Assembly: GCA_963691875.1 (NCBI GenBank)
Contig: OY829846.1
Coordinates: 3,712,001-3,776,000, forward strand
Length of the DNA: 64,000 bases
Direction of reading: 5' to 3'
DNA from: Aureliella sp.
GTDB lineage: Bacteria; Planctomycetota; Planctomycetia; Pirellulales; Pirellulaceae
Shown piece by piece: positions 37,967 to 48,466 of this stretch. How positions within the stretch are numbered: position 1 is the first letter of the stretch; the number at the start of each line of letters is the position of its first letter. The notes beneath the pieces are model-generated. The model saw nothing but the letters and a program-made list of their open reading frames with translations, was not told the DNA's origin and made no database searches. A program made the position numbers and the translations under genes.

Positions 37967-38650
37967 CTACTGCTTGCAGTAGCTCAACGCGAGCAGGCTG
38001 AAGGTGGTGGCGAGGTTGGGATCGCTTTCCATCCAGCGTTCGTTGGAGTTGGTCCACGAGCCATCTTTGCCTTGGAGCTTAGCCAGGTGTTCGACGAGCT
38101 CTTCCCGCCAATTGTGCTCCACGCCATTTTCGTCCTTAAGCGTGTCGATTCCAGCAGTGCTAAGTGACTTGGCGAACAGGTGATAGTAATAGTAAAGCCC
38201 CGCGTCGCCCAAGCCGGGATTCTCGGTGACGGTGTAATGGTCGCGAATCCACGTGAGTGCAGCAGCGACTCGCGGATCATCCTCTTTCAGACCTGCATGC
38301 AACATGCTCTTGAATCCAGCGTAAGTCATGGACCCGTAACTTCGTAGGCCGCCCTCATCCGTCTGGCCGGCAGCGGAACTGCTCTCGGTGATGTTGTAGT
38401 AGAAACCACCATCGTTCACCTTGGCCGCATCTTTGGTGGTATTGTGAGCTGACTCCAAGTTCTGGCATCGCGAGACAAACGTCAGTGCTGCCTGAATTGC
38501 TTCTTCATGTTCGTCGGAATCCATCGCCTTCAGCGCGTCGATCAAGTAGGCCGTGTTGGAGAGATCTGGACGTGACTTGCCGCCGTAGCCAGCACCACCG
38601 TATTCCAAGTCAGACTCTTCAACACCTTTGGCATCGGTAAACTGCTCGCC
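37967..38650 (-). pseudogene. 5'-truncated duplicate of the prenyltransferase-fold gene (direct repeat of 57255-57938)
   Basis: 684 bp essentially identical to 57255-57938; one synonymous difference noticed (38531 vs 57819). Confidence 0.9.
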
Positions 38651-39027
38651 GTTGTGGCTCACGCGGGAAAGATTTAAGTGCTCGGTGGCATGGACAGAAG
38701 GGCGACCCGACAAAAGAAGTTCAGGTCTACGATCCCAAGTCCGATTCTTGGTCTAAAGGACGACAATTGGCTGGTGATGGACATATGGCTGGCTTCGGCG
38801 CGGCAGGTTGGAGCGTTGGAGGAAAGTTGATCGCCAGCACTTACGAAGGCAAGCTCTTGCAGCCAGCTGATGACGGCGAGTCCTGGAAAGATCTTGGTAC
38901 CACGGAGGAAAGTCGCTTTTTCCATCGCCTGGTTCCACTAACTGAAGACAGCCTCATTTCGCTTGGCGGCGCCAACAGGCAAATTGGGAAGTTTCTTGAA
39001 TTGGAAGTGATTGAGGTAGAAGAGTAA
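38645..39027 (+). pseudogene. 5'-truncated, degraded duplicate of the Kelch gene 3' end (34855-35238)
   Basis: Aligns to 34855-35238, with TAC changed to a TAA stop near 38675 and a 1-bp deletion near 38696; the last ~150 bp diverge mostly at synonymous sites. Confidence 0.88.
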
Positions 39028-39028
39028 C

Positions 39029-39047
39029 CCTCGACTGGAAGTCGAGG
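39029..39047. terminator. Short hairpin between convergent genes
   Basis: CCTCGACT-GGA-AGTCGAGG. Confidence 0.45.
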
Positions 39048-39049
39048 AA

Positions 39050-41143
39050 TCAAGGCCTTGATCCAGATCCTGACTCTGGCGACTCAATTTCAGTTGGCGG
39101 CTGAAGTGCTTCGCGAACATAGATCGTTTTTTGAGCATACAGTGCTTTCCGATACTCTATGTCATTCGCAAGGTCGTCTTGCTGCAAGCGCATTGCCTGA
39201 TCGATCGCCTTCTTTGCTACCAATGTTGCATCAGCGTACCGTCCGGCGGTAGCCAAAGCCGCGGCCTCAGTGTCTAGAACATACGGCGGAATTGGCTCGG
39301 GTAGCCCCGCCTTCAAAGCATCAATATGTTCCAAGGCTTTTTCGCCATTGCGAACCGTAGGATCAGGGCTAGTTGCTAGAATCCAACTCAACCTGACACG
39401 TGCATCTAGGGACTGTGGATGCAATCGTATTGCTTCCCGGTACGCCGCAACCGCTCCTTCATCATCGCCCACTTTCAACAGGCATTCTCCCAGCTGAAAG
39501 TGCGAAAAAGAGTTGGAAGGCTCGCTCTCGATTGCAGATTCGAATTCCTCAATGGCAGCTTCAGAATTCCCGGCATCCATCAAGAGGCGGCCATAGCTGA
39601 GACGGGCTGGGGCAAATCCTGGATCGAAAGCCAGAACGATATCCAGTTGTTTTCGTCCTTGCTCAGTCTTGCCCGAACGAAGAAGGGCCTCCGCTAGCCC
39701 GTGCCGTACAACGCAGTTATCCAGTCCCAGTTCGATTGCTTTCTCGAATACTGGAGTCGCCTTCGCATACTCCTTGTTCCGCCACAACACGGTCGCGAGA
39801 TTGGCATGGTTACGTGCATTGTGCGGCACGCAGCGGACAGCCGATGCCCATAACCCGATGGGGTTGATGTAGTCTTCGTTGCGCAAAATGGTGCGGCTAG
39901 CCAATCCAATAACAGACACTCCAACGAATAGGATGTACGTTGCTTGACGTACCCGCGGCCTTCCAACCAGCGACGCTAAACGCCCGGCCGTCCAGTAAAC
40001 CGCGAATACGCACAACGTCACCAAGCAGGTCAGAGGCAAATACATCCGGTGCTCAAACGCCAAATCTTTGATCGGCATGATGCTGGACGTTGGTGCCAGG
40101 ATAGTGAAGAAAGCGACGCCGACGAATCCAATTGCCGGTCGGTAGCGTAGTGCAACGAAAGCCGCGATCACTAAAGTCATGATCAGCAACATCGGCGGCA
40201 CGATCTCCCCAGCCGATGCTGCCGGTTGCCAGTCGTAGTCGATGCACAAATCGCTTGGCCAGAACGACAGCCGCAAATAGTGTGTGATCACGCCAAACTG
40301 ACTTAGCGCATAATCCAAAGGCGCGATGCCCTTGTAACCGAATCCGGTTTTCGCTGAGCCTGATGTCGAAGTGAAGTTCCTGTATATCGGTGGTATGAAC
40401 CAATAAAATGGCAGAGCGAACCCGATGGCTAGCCACCATCTCCTGGCAAGAAGTTTACTGATTCCTGCAATACGTTCTGAATATTCTTTCTTGTTCTTCT
40501 CCGCAACGCGCGGGGCCCTGAGAAAAATCCACCAATAGGCGGGGACGACCAAAACGGCCATCGCCATGACTTCCTTGCTTCCCATACCAATGCAGAAAGC
40601 TACCACAGCGAGGCAACTCCACGCGACTTTGCCTCGCGAGCAAGTGGCAAAACGAAGCACACAATACAGGCAAAACAAAAAGCATAGTCCCATCAGGGAC
40701 TCGAGTCGCTGGATGACATAGGTCACCGCTTGTGTGTTCAATGGGTGCACGAGCCAGATTGCTGCGATGGAAAAACCTAGCCAATCTGCGGACTCTTGGA
40801 ATCGATTTTGAAAGTACGTCAGGCGCAGAGTTCTTGATACCAGGCCAAATAATGTGAGTGCTGCGGCTAAATGAACCCCCATATTGAACAAGTGATAGCC
40901 CCAGGGATCGAATCCGCCCCAGTGATAATTCAGCGCCAGCGTGAAGAAACCAAACCAACGATTCCCATGAAACCAATCTGCCGGCCAGAGTTGGCGAATC
41001 TCTGGATTATTAATAATGTTGCCGATGTCATCAAAGACGAAGGATGCATCCAAACTGTTCAAATAAGCGACTTCTCCCAAAATAAGAAGCAAGGCAACTT
41101 GCAGGATCCAACGCAACTTCCAATTCTGCGGCATGTCTGACAT
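39050..41143 (-). CDS. TMTC-like membrane glycosyltransferase with C-terminal TPR repeats
   Basis: FVFDD, YHLFN, HPLNTQAVTYVIQRLE, SKE and FEHRMYLP, followed by TPRs. Confidence 0.8.
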   Translation of the reverse strand: MSDMPQNWKLRWILQVALLLILGEVAYLNSLDASFVFDDIGNIINNPEIRQLWPADWFHGNRWFGFFTLALNYHWGGFDPWGYHLFNMGVHLAAALTLFGLVSRTLRLTYFQNRFQESADWLGFSIAAIWLVHPLNTQAVTYVIQRLESLMGLCFLFCLYCVLRFATCSRGKVAWSCLAVVAFCIGMGSKEVMAMAVLVVPAYWWIFLRAPRVAEKNKKEYSERIAGISKLLARRWWLAIGFALPFYWFIPPIYRNFTSTSGSAKTGFGYKGIAPLDYALSQFGVITHYLRLSFWPSDLCIDYDWQPAASAGEIVPPMLLIMTLVIAAFVALRYRPAIGFVGVAFFTILAPTSSIMPIKDLAFEHRMYLPLTCLVTLCVFAVYWTAGRLASLVGRPRVRQATYILFVGVSVIGLASRTILRNEDYINPIGLWASAVRCVPHNARNHANLATVLWRNKEYAKATPVFEKAIELGLDNCVVRHGLAEALLRSGKTEQGRKQLDIVLAFDPGFAPARLSYGRLLMDAGNSEAAIEEFESAIESEPSNSFSHFQLGECLLKVGDDEGAVAAYREAIRLHPQSLDARVRLSWILATSPDPTVRNGEKALEHIDALKAGLPEPIPPYVLDTEAAALATAGRYADATLVAKKAIDQAMRLQQDDLANDIEYRKALYAQKTIYVREALQPPTEIESPESGSGSRP

Positions 41144-41161
41144 GTGATTTTGATTCGAAGA

Positions 41162-42373
41162 TCATCCAGCGACCGAGAACATGCCGACAAAGAAGGCGAT
41201 GTAGACATAGCCCACGATCGATCCTACGACCACGATAATGGCTGGAGTCACGAGAGCACTCAGTGTCTTAATCGTTGCGTTGAGTTGCGAGCGATAGAAC
41301 TCTGATACCTGCTCAAGAACGTCGTCGAGATTTCCACTTTCCTCACCGACCGCGGACATTGTCCCGAGCAATGGCATGTAAGCCTTGCGTACTCTGAGAG
41401 TGTCCGCCAGACTTTGACCGCGGATGATAGAGTCGCGAGACTTCTGCACTATCGAAGCAAGATACTTGCTCGCATGCATCTCTTGCACAGTGATTAGCGA
41501 TTCCAGCACAGAGACGCCGCTAGAAATCAGTACTCCGAGTGTCTGCGAAAAAGTGAGTGTCCCGCTGATGCGGAAAAGCTTGCCAACAACCGGGATTCTA
41601 AAGGCGATTCGTTCGATCCAGATGCGGCCTCTCAAGGACATGAACGTCAGAATGAATGCGGCGAGAGCCAGAAACATCGCTAACAAGATATACGTGCCGT
41701 AAGTGGAAACGAAGTTGGAAACGACGATGAGAGACTTTGTAATGGGGGGCAGTGGCCTTCCAAGTGATTCCAGAAGATCGGTTAGTTTCGGAAGCAGGCT
41801 GGTGACGATGAATCCCGTCGCACCGACTGCTGCGAGCAGAACGAGTATCGGATACAGCAAAGCGGTGGCGATGTCTCGTATTGTTTCTCGCCGCATTCGC
41901 ATCATGTCTGCAGCGCGGACAAGCACGGTTTCCTGAATACCAGTTTGCTCACCAACACGCACTAGCTGAACAAGGAACTTGGGAAACCCTGGCTCAGCAT
42001 CAATAGCATCGGAGAATCGCTGGCCAGTCTGCACGACCTCAATCATGGAGCTATAGGCACGACGAATCGAGCGTTTATCCGACTGAGTAGAAAGCGTTTC
42101 CATAGCTGAAAGCAGGCTGATTCCACCGCGGAGCATCACTGCCATTTGGCGAAGTGACAATTCGACTTGAACACTACGCGGGCCAAGGCGATCTCTGAGC
42201 CAACTTCGACTCCGACTGCCGGTATTTGCACCAGCCTGTTGTTCTTCCAGCTTGATCACGACCCAACCTCGCGTACGCAGCTGCGATGCGACTGTCGCAG
42301 CTGTGGCAGCTTCGATTGCGCCGGTTCGAGTTTGTCCCGCGTCATCGCGGGCTGTGAAAGCAAAATTGGGCAT
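41162..42373 (-). CDS. pilC: Type IV pilus/T2SS platform protein PilC/GspF
   Basis: MPNFAFTARD, duplicated F domains (VGEQTG, VGEESGNLD), LLYP and three TM helices. Confidence 0.92.
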   Translation of the reverse strand: MPNFAFTARDDAGQTRTGAIEAATAATVASQLRTRGWVVIKLEEQQAGANTGSRSRSWLRDRLGPRSVQVELSLRQMAVMLRGGISLLSAMETLSTQSDKRSIRRAYSSMIEVVQTGQRFSDAIDAEPGFPKFLVQLVRVGEQTGIQETVLVRAADMMRMRRETIRDIATALLYPILVLLAAVGATGFIVTSLLPKLTDLLESLGRPLPPITKSLIVVSNFVSTYGTYILLAMFLALAAFILTFMSLRGRIWIERIAFRIPVVGKLFRISGTLTFSQTLGVLISSGVSVLESLITVQEMHASKYLASIVQKSRDSIIRGQSLADTLRVRKAYMPLLGTMSAVGEESGNLDDVLEQVSEFYRSQLNATIKTLSALVTPAIIVVVGSIVGYVYIAFFVGMFSVAG

Positions 42374-42402
42374 CTAATTCAATTTGTTTGGTAAGAACAA
42401 AA

Positions 42403-43896
42403 TTACCACACGGCCACGGATCCCAACGCATCGGGGGCCATCACAACGCCTTGCTCGATCTTGTGGAGTGCATCTTCGGCCAAGTTACGACAGCCCTCTC
42501 TCTTGGCAAGCTCATGCATGAGGACTTCATCCGCGCCATTGGAAATCAGCTGTGCCATGGATTCTCCAACTGGCAGCATCTCGAACAATCCAGTTCGTCC
42601 GACTTTACCGCGACCAGCACAATAGATGCATCCAGCGGAATTCCATGCAGTTGTGCCGCTTGCTTCTGGCTTGCCGAGAGCGGCGGATTCAGAGGCTGAG
42701 ATGGCAGTCTTGGATTTGCAATGCGGACAAAGCCGCCGCACAAGGCGTTGAGCGACCGCCAATCTAAGTGTCGCGGCGACGAGAAACGGTTGAACACCCA
42801 TGTCAATCAGGCGCGTGACAGCACCAGCAGCACTATTCGTGTGAAGCGTGCTGAAAACGAGGTGCCCCGTGAGAGCGGCTTTGATTGCGATGTCAGCCGT
42901 TTCAGCGTCTCGAATCTCACCGATCATGATCACATCGGGATCGTTTCGCAGGATCGAACGCAATGCCTTGCGAAAACTGACCTTGTCCGCCGAATCGACG
43001 GCCACCTGCGCGATGCCTTCCATCTCGTACTCGACGGGATCTTCCACAGTAACAACGTGCAGTGCTTTATTCGAAATCAGTTCCTGCAGTGCGGCGTAGA
43101 GAGTGGTGCTTTTCCCACTACCAGTGGGACCCGTTAGCAATACCATGCCGTACGGTCGGTTGATGGCGGATGAAAATCGCTCTAGGTCGTCAGCGTCCAT
43201 ACCAAGCGTGGCGAGCGTCAGGTTCTCCATGTTGTTTGCGAGAAGTCGCAGCGTCAACGACTCGCCGAATCGAGTTGGCAGCGTCGCAACCCGCACGTCG
43301 ATGCTGTCACCGCGCGAGGAATTCCATGAGAATCTGCCGTCCTGCGGGGAACGGCGCTCTGAGATATCCATCTCGCCGAGCACTTTGATTCGCGAAGTGA
43401 TCAACGGGTGAAGCTCACTGGAAAAGTATCGGTAGTCTTCCAGCTGTCCGTCGACACGCAGCCTAACGCGAACGCGTTCGGACAAAGGATCGATGTGAAT
43501 ATCAGAAGCCTCGCGCAGCGATGCGGCTTGCAGGATTTCTTCGCAGGCCTCGACCGCATCCTCATCGCCATCTCCACGACCAGCAGCCACGCGCACAGTG
43601 CCTGTTCTCGCAACGGCCCCACCAAAAGTGTCTCGAATGACTGAGTCTAAAGACTCCTCGTCTGCCAGGATCGGTTCGACAGGGTGATCTAGGTGTCGTT
43701 CAACGGTGTCCAACGTCGCTACATCGTCGCGATCCACGCATGCGACTAAGACATGATCACCCATCCTGCAACAGGGTAGAACCTTCTTGCGGCGCGCCAA
43801 GGAAACCGGGATGCGAAGTGCCCAGCCAGGATCGATTCTTACAGCCGACATGTCCAGCGGTTCGAATGTATTGGAGTGATCGGATACTGCACTCAT
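42403..43896 (-). CDS. pilB: PilB/GspE assembly ATPase
   Basis: ASDIHI, PQDGR, Walker A GPTGSGKST, DPDVIMIGEIRD, TGHLVFSTLHTN and the tetracysteine motif CPHC...CIYC. Confidence 0.92.
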   Translation of the reverse strand: MSAVSDHSNTFEPLDMSAVRIDPGWALRIPVSLARRKKVLPCCRMGDHVLVACVDRDDVATLDTVERHLDHPVEPILADEESLDSVIRDTFGGAVARTGTVRVAAGRGDGDEDAVEACEEILQAASLREASDIHIDPLSERVRVRLRVDGQLEDYRYFSSELHPLITSRIKVLGEMDISERRSPQDGRFSWNSSRGDSIDVRVATLPTRFGESLTLRLLANNMENLTLATLGMDADDLERFSSAINRPYGMVLLTGPTGSGKSTTLYAALQELISNKALHVVTVEDPVEYEMEGIAQVAVDSADKVSFRKALRSILRNDPDVIMIGEIRDAETADIAIKAALTGHLVFSTLHTNSAAGAVTRLIDMGVQPFLVAATLRLAVAQRLVRRLCPHCKSKTAISASESAALGKPEASGTTAWNSAGCIYCAGRGKVGRTGLFEMLPVGESMAQLISNGADEVLMHELAKREGCRNLAEDALHKIEQGVVMAPDALGSVAVW

Positions 43897-45080
43897 CGCT
43901 GTGTCTCCGCTAAGCTGTCGATTTGCATTCGAGCGGGGCGTAATCGGCTGGCACGACTGGCGACCAACTGAGGATTTCTGGCTAGTCCCTTGGCCGTCCG
44001 TTCACTGATTTGTCCCGTCCTGAGGAGTTGCGCAAGACACTCGTCGGCTGTATACATCCCATCACTGCGACCCGTCTCAATGATGGAATAGATGTGCGAG
44101 TCTTTACTCTGTGAAATCAAGTTAGCGACGGGGTTGGTCACCTTCATCACTTCGCTGACCAATACGTACTTCGATTTTGCCGCTAGTGGATCGCCGTTCT
44201 CTTCCTGCAGAACTTTCTTGATCTTGGGTCCATCACCCATGATCAGCTTCTGTGCGACAACCGCTCGCAGGACCATCGCCAGCTGCCTGCGAATCGCAGT
44301 TTGCTCTTCGGGCTGAAAGACCGAAACGACACGATCAATCGAGCCCACGCAGTCTCCGGCGTGAACAGTTGCAAAAACCAAGTGGCCCGTCTCCGCAGCC
44401 GTGATGGCAGTCCGGATCGTATTTAAATCTCGGATCTCACCGACCAGGATAACATCGGGATCCTGACGCATAGCGGCAACCAAAGCCTCGTTGAAGCTCT
44501 GCGTGTCCTGGCCGACTTCACGCTGGTCGACTAGCGACCGTCTACTGGTGTGAAGGTATTCGATCGGATCTTCGATCGTGATGACATGTCCGCTGCGCGT
44601 CTGGTTGATGCGGTCAATCAGTGTGGCGAGTGTCGTACTCTTACCACTGCCAGTGGGCCCGGCGACGAGAACTAATCCATGACTATGGTTGGAAAGCTGA
44701 TACAGATCCGATGGTAAACCAAGTTCTGGTAGCGAACGGATGCGTTCTTCTAAACGCCGGAGCGCGATGCTGTACGCGTTGGACCGGCGATAGATGTTGA
44801 ATCGGAAACGAGTTCCGTCATCAGCCGATAAAGCTCCGTCGAGAGAACCAACTTCGGGTGCAATCTTGGAATGCGTGCGCAATGCCAATGCACCAGCGAT
44901 ACCTTCAAGAGTTTCTGCAGATTGTGTTGGCCAATCTTCGGCTGGGGCCAAGCGGCCCTGCTGACGAAAATAAGGAGGGTGCTCGGCCGACAAATGCAGA
45001 TCAGAAGCTTTCCGCGCAATTGCTTCATTCAGCAAGCGTAAAAGCAATTCTTCTGATTGTAAGTTAGTTTCGTTCGTCAT
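43893..45080 (-). CDS. pilT: PilT/PilU retraction ATPase (start uncertain; ORF extends to 45176)
   Basis: ASDLHL, RFRFN, GPTGSGKST, TIEDPIEY, QREVG and AAETGHLVFATVH; AIRNLIRE-like PVANLISQ; no tetracysteine motif. Confidence 0.9.
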   Translation of the reverse strand: MTNETNLQSEELLLRLLNEAIARKASDLHLSAEHPPYFRQQGRLAPAEDWPTQSAETLEGIAGALALRTHSKIAPEVGSLDGALSADDGTRFRFNIYRRSNAYSIALRRLEERIRSLPELGLPSDLYQLSNHSHGLVLVAGPTGSGKSTTLATLIDRINQTRSGHVITIEDPIEYLHTSRRSLVDQREVGQDTQSFNEALVAAMRQDPDVILVGEIRDLNTIRTAITAAETGHLVFATVHAGDCVGSIDRVVSVFQPEEQTAIRRQLAMVLRAVVAQKLIMGDGPKIKKVLQEENGDPLAAKSKYVLVSEVMKVTNPVANLISQSKDSHIYSIIETGRSDGMYTADECLAQLLRTGQISERTAKGLARNPQLVASRASRLRPARMQIDSLAETQR

Positions 45081-45180
45081 GCGTCGGATAGAACCCGCCA
45101 AGTGATTCGGTCGCTCATTGAGCACCGGCATCAGTTGCAATAAATAGTCAGACCGTACGTCTTGGCTTCTTCTCACAAGC

Positions 45181-45807
45181 CTACATTAGCAGTCCAATGG
45201 TCCATGATACTCCCGTGCCGGAGGAACCAACCCGTGAATTTGACGCGTTTGCTTTCTGCATTTTCACGCTAACGGGAATGATCCCAGGTACTTCAGGCAA
45301 CTCTTTGAGCAGAGCTACGATCGTCGCATAGTTCGCCGCCACTGTCAGTTCACGAAAGCTGGTGGCATCCGCCGAAACAAGAGACTGCAGTGTCTCAACC
45401 GATTTCTTGCGAAGCTCAGGAAGAACTAGCGATGTCAAGGGTTCATCCCTGAGGATGGCAACTTCATGCTCTCGGCAAAGAGCTGTTAAGGCATTGTGTC
45501 TTGCCGTTGGGCTCAGCTCTCGAAAGGCAGCAGACTTCGTCTTCATTTCATCTGCAACCAACCGAATCGTTTGCTGCAACGTCGTCTGCTCATCCCGCAA
45601 TTTCTTCGCTTGGAACTTTAGTTCTGCAAGTTCGTTCACGCCGAGCGCCCCGGTCGAGGCAGACTTCAGCTCATTCTCCGCTTCGTTCAACGCGGGATAG
45701 CCGAAGAAGGAGATGTACATGAATGCGACGAGCAGAATCCCCATCGCAGGAAGGAACGTCGCCACCCACTTTTCACGTTGACTACCAGATGCTGCCTGAA
45801 ACGCCAT
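45181..45807 (-). CDS. PilO/GspM-like alignment protein
   Basis: N-terminal TM helix, coiled coil and an alpha/beta C-terminus; sits between the PilN-like gene and pilT. Confidence 0.55.
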   Translation of the reverse strand: MAFQAASGSQREKWVATFLPAMGILLVAFMYISFFGYPALNEAENELKSASTGALGVNELAELKFQAKKLRDEQTTLQQTIRLVADEMKTKSAAFRELSPTARHNALTALCREHEVAILRDEPLTSLVLPELRKKSVETLQSLVSADATSFRELTVAANYATIVALLKELPEVPGIIPVSVKMQKANASNSRVGSSGTGVSWTIGLLM

Positions 45808-47231
45808 CAGTTTCTACCTTTTCTCAAAGCTGTTGCGCTGGTTGGCTTCGCCAAAGACGTGATAGCCTCAGGTTTTGAATCAATTTCTGGAACTTTGGGC
45901 CTGCTGTCAATCAACTCAATCGTGAACGTCCACGGCCCCCCACCGACGGTTCGATTGGATCCGGTCACAGAAGGAGGGCGGATGTACCAACCAACCTGAG
46001 CCGCAGTGGTTTCCAAACGCTGAACCAATTGTGTCACGGCATCGCTGCGAATTGCGCGACCTGCGAGAATCATTCCTTTGGCATCGGGCTTGATGGAGTC
46101 GACCACCAAGTTGGTTCCAGCCTGATCCGCTAACGATTGCAATAGCACCGAGAATCGATCGCTTTGATCTGTCAGCAGTCGCAGATTGTCCTGCTTAGCT
46201 TTTGCTTCTTTGGCTTCCACCCGGAGTTTCCCAAGGGCTTCGTTAAGTCCTTTGATTTGTTCGTCCAGTTGCTTCTTCTCCGCTAGTGGTTCCTTTAGCT
46301 TAGCGATTTGCTCCTTCATTTCTGACGTGCGTGAATACATACTCCAAGCAAGTCCGCCACAGGCAAGTCCCATCAACACGGTTGCTGCCACTCCGATCCG
46401 GAAAAGTGTCTTGTTAGAAGTGGGGACTTGGGGCGCGGGTACGTGCGGGAATCCCGTCGGCTTAGTAGCGCGCGAGACAACCCCTTGCACCCAGCGCTGG
46501 AGTACTTGATCATCATTGAGTGAGTCTAGCGATCCAGTGTATGCTGCGGGGCGGTCCTCAGGAGTCGACTGCCAACCGATCGGGGGCAGCTCGCCGCCGA
46601 AAAGCGTTCCTAGAGCTCCATACCATCGATCGCTGGTGGAAGAACGCTGCGTCACGTAAGCTCGCGGGAAACCTCCAGACTCCGCAGGCGCCGCAAAGGC
46701 ACCGGCGAGTTCTGGCGTAAATTCGACCCAGGGAACACCGGAGCGATCTGGAGAACTCATACCGATTGGATTGGCCAACAGTTCCAAGTTGCCCCCACGC
46801 ACTCGTACGGCTTGTGCTACTCCCGACAGTACTTCACTAGGAACCGCAGCGCCCCAAAAACGTCGTGTATCCGGTGGCACAGACTCTAACTCAACGAATC
46901 CGAGTCGGCTGTTCATTGGATCGAGATCGGAGAGTGACTCCGTTTCGAAGCGGAGCATCTGTTCCAGCTCACTGCCTTCTAGTCCGTAGATGGACCGTTC
47001 GTCCAAGTCGATGACGCCTGTCCAAAAATCGTCGGCGATCACGTAAGTCTTCGCCGCCGGTTTCTTACCGCTTAGCCCACAAGCCAGTTCAACGGCGATG
47101 GGAAGTGTGGTTCCAACGGGCCGATCTTCCTTTGTCAGCTGCGTAACTTGATCCCCACGAACATCCGCGCGCATCACCCTACGATCCGTGATGATCAAAA
47201 ATGTCGAATTCTGTCCGCCTAGGGAAAACAA
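45807..47231 (-). CDS. PilM-PilN-like (GspL-like) protein
   Basis: Cytoplasmic N-terminal domain, a single TM helix, a coiled coil and a PilN-like tail (LVVDSI...MILAGRA...FTIEL). Confidence 0.6.
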   Translation of the reverse strand: MFSLGGQNSTFLIITDRRVMRADVRGDQVTQLTKEDRPVGTTLPIAVELACGLSGKKPAAKTYVIADDFWTGVIDLDERSIYGLEGSELEQMLRFETESLSDLDPMNSRLGFVELESVPPDTRRFWGAAVPSEVLSGVAQAVRVRGGNLELLANPIGMSSPDRSGVPWVEFTPELAGAFAAPAESGGFPRAYVTQRSSTSDRWYGALGTLFGGELPPIGWQSTPEDRPAAYTGSLDSLNDDQVLQRWVQGVVSRATKPTGFPHVPAPQVPTSNKTLFRIGVAATVLMGLACGGLAWSMYSRTSEMKEQIAKLKEPLAEKKQLDEQIKGLNEALGKLRVEAKEAKAKQDNLRLLTDQSDRFSVLLQSLADQAGTNLVVDSIKPDAKGMILAGRAIRSDAVTQLVQRLETTAAQVGWYIRPPSVTGSNRTVGGGPWTFTIELIDSRPKVPEIDSKPEAITSLAKPTSATALRKGRN

Positions 47232-47293
47232 AGGTCACTCGCTAAATTTGTATGAAGTTCGGTTTGCATGAAGGGAATTAGATTAGTCAGATG

Positions 47294-48466
47294 CTAGTCG
47301 TTGATCGTTAACTCTAGCTGAGAATTCGTGGGGAACAGTTGGAACTTGATCTCTCGGCTTGCATGGGCAGGATCATCGGTACCATCGCCAAAATCTTCTG
47401 TCGAATCGCTATTTTCGCTGTCGTTGTAGTAGGCACGGATGACTCGGGTGCCGATTGGGAACTCAAAAGCTCCACCATTGCCATCATCGAACCGAAAATC
47501 AAACACATGATGAGTCGGATGAGGAGTGGCATTGAGAGTAAGCTCAACTACTGCGGGTGCTGCTGGGACGGCTGAATCGGCAACCTGGACGGCAAACTGG
47601 CCAACGACTGTCGAATCAGGATAGTACAGCTGCACAACCGTATTCTGCAGTGCCGTTGCCGCAATCATCTCAATATCTTGGTCTACGTATACCCTGCCCG
47701 TGACCGTGCCACTGAGTTGCGAACTCTTCAGGCCAAGTTGATTCTCCAAATCAGATGTGACAGGGTTTTGAATGATTGCGGGAAGGTCGGCATTATAATC
47801 TGCACCGCCAAGAACCGTATCACGTCCCAAGCTTCTCACCCCGAATATGGAAACTCCTGCAGCTGTAACGTCAAGTTCTTCGTCGAAGTTGGCGTCCATA
47901 TCTGCGTCGCCGACATCGAGAGTCCGTAAATGCGAATAGCCAGCATCGGAAACGAGGCTTGTGCCCCATCCGTCGGTCAGCTCCGCTGCACCAACAGGCA
48001 TTCTCAAATAGGGGCCTTGCCATCCCATACCAAGTGTGACTCGCGAGTCGCCCGAAACCGTATCTGTGTCGGCGTCGGCGGTATTTAATACATTGTCAAC
48101 GGTGGCAGTGTTTGCGGCGGCGACACTTGCGAAGGATGGTAGATTGGTAGTAGTTGGCGAATTGTCCCAAAGTTCTCGAGCGGAAAAAGTTGTTAGCGAC
48201 TCCTGATAGGAGCGCGGCAAGCGTCCCATATCTACGAAAAAGCCGCTTAGAAGTCGTCCCGAATCTGTCTTGCGCTCACTGAGAATTGCGTCTCGCACTG
48301 AATCGACAGTTTGCTGCGTCGTCTCAAAGCGAGTCTGATCGACTTGAAACTCGACCATGTTGAGCGCTGCGGTAGCAAGAATAGCTAGGATCACGAGCAC
48401 CATGATCAATTCCACCAGTGTAAAACCATTCAGGTTGAGGCTTCTTGGATTGTGAAGCGCGCTCAT
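47294..48466 (-). CDS. Large acidic type IV minor pilin/pseudopilin
   Basis: Class III signal G|FTLVELIMVL, GWQGPYL and DGWG. Confidence 0.88.
   Translation of the reverse strand: MSALHNPRSLNLNGFTLVELIMVLVILAILATAALNMVEFQVDQTRFETTQQTVDSVRDAILSERKTDSGRLLSGFFVDMGRLPRSYQESLTTFSARELWDNSPTTTNLPSFASVAAANTATVDNVLNTADADTDTVSGDSRVTLGMGWQGPYLRMPVGAAELTDGWGTSLVSDAGYSHLRTLDVGDADMDANFDEELDVTAAGVSIFGVRSLGRDTVLGGADYNADLPAIIQNPVTSDLENQLGLKSSQLSGTVTGRVYVDQDIEMIAATALQNTVVQLYYPDSTVVGQFAVQVADSAVPAAPAVVELTLNATPHPTHHVFDFRFDDGNGGAFEFPIGTRVIRAYYNDSENSDSTEDFGDGTDDPAHASREIKFQLFPTNSQLELTIND

Noticed and set aside
35345..38650. Haloperoxidase plus 'prenyltransferase' as a meroterpenoid biosynthetic cluster
   Set aside because: The neighbour is a truncated alpha/alpha-toroid protein, not an ABBA aromatic prenyltransferase, and no PKS or isoprenoid genes are present.
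37967..38713. 248-aa ORF as a genuine gene
   Set aside because: Its N-terminus is antisense Kelch sequence read across the junction, and the rest is a truncated duplicate with no signal peptide.
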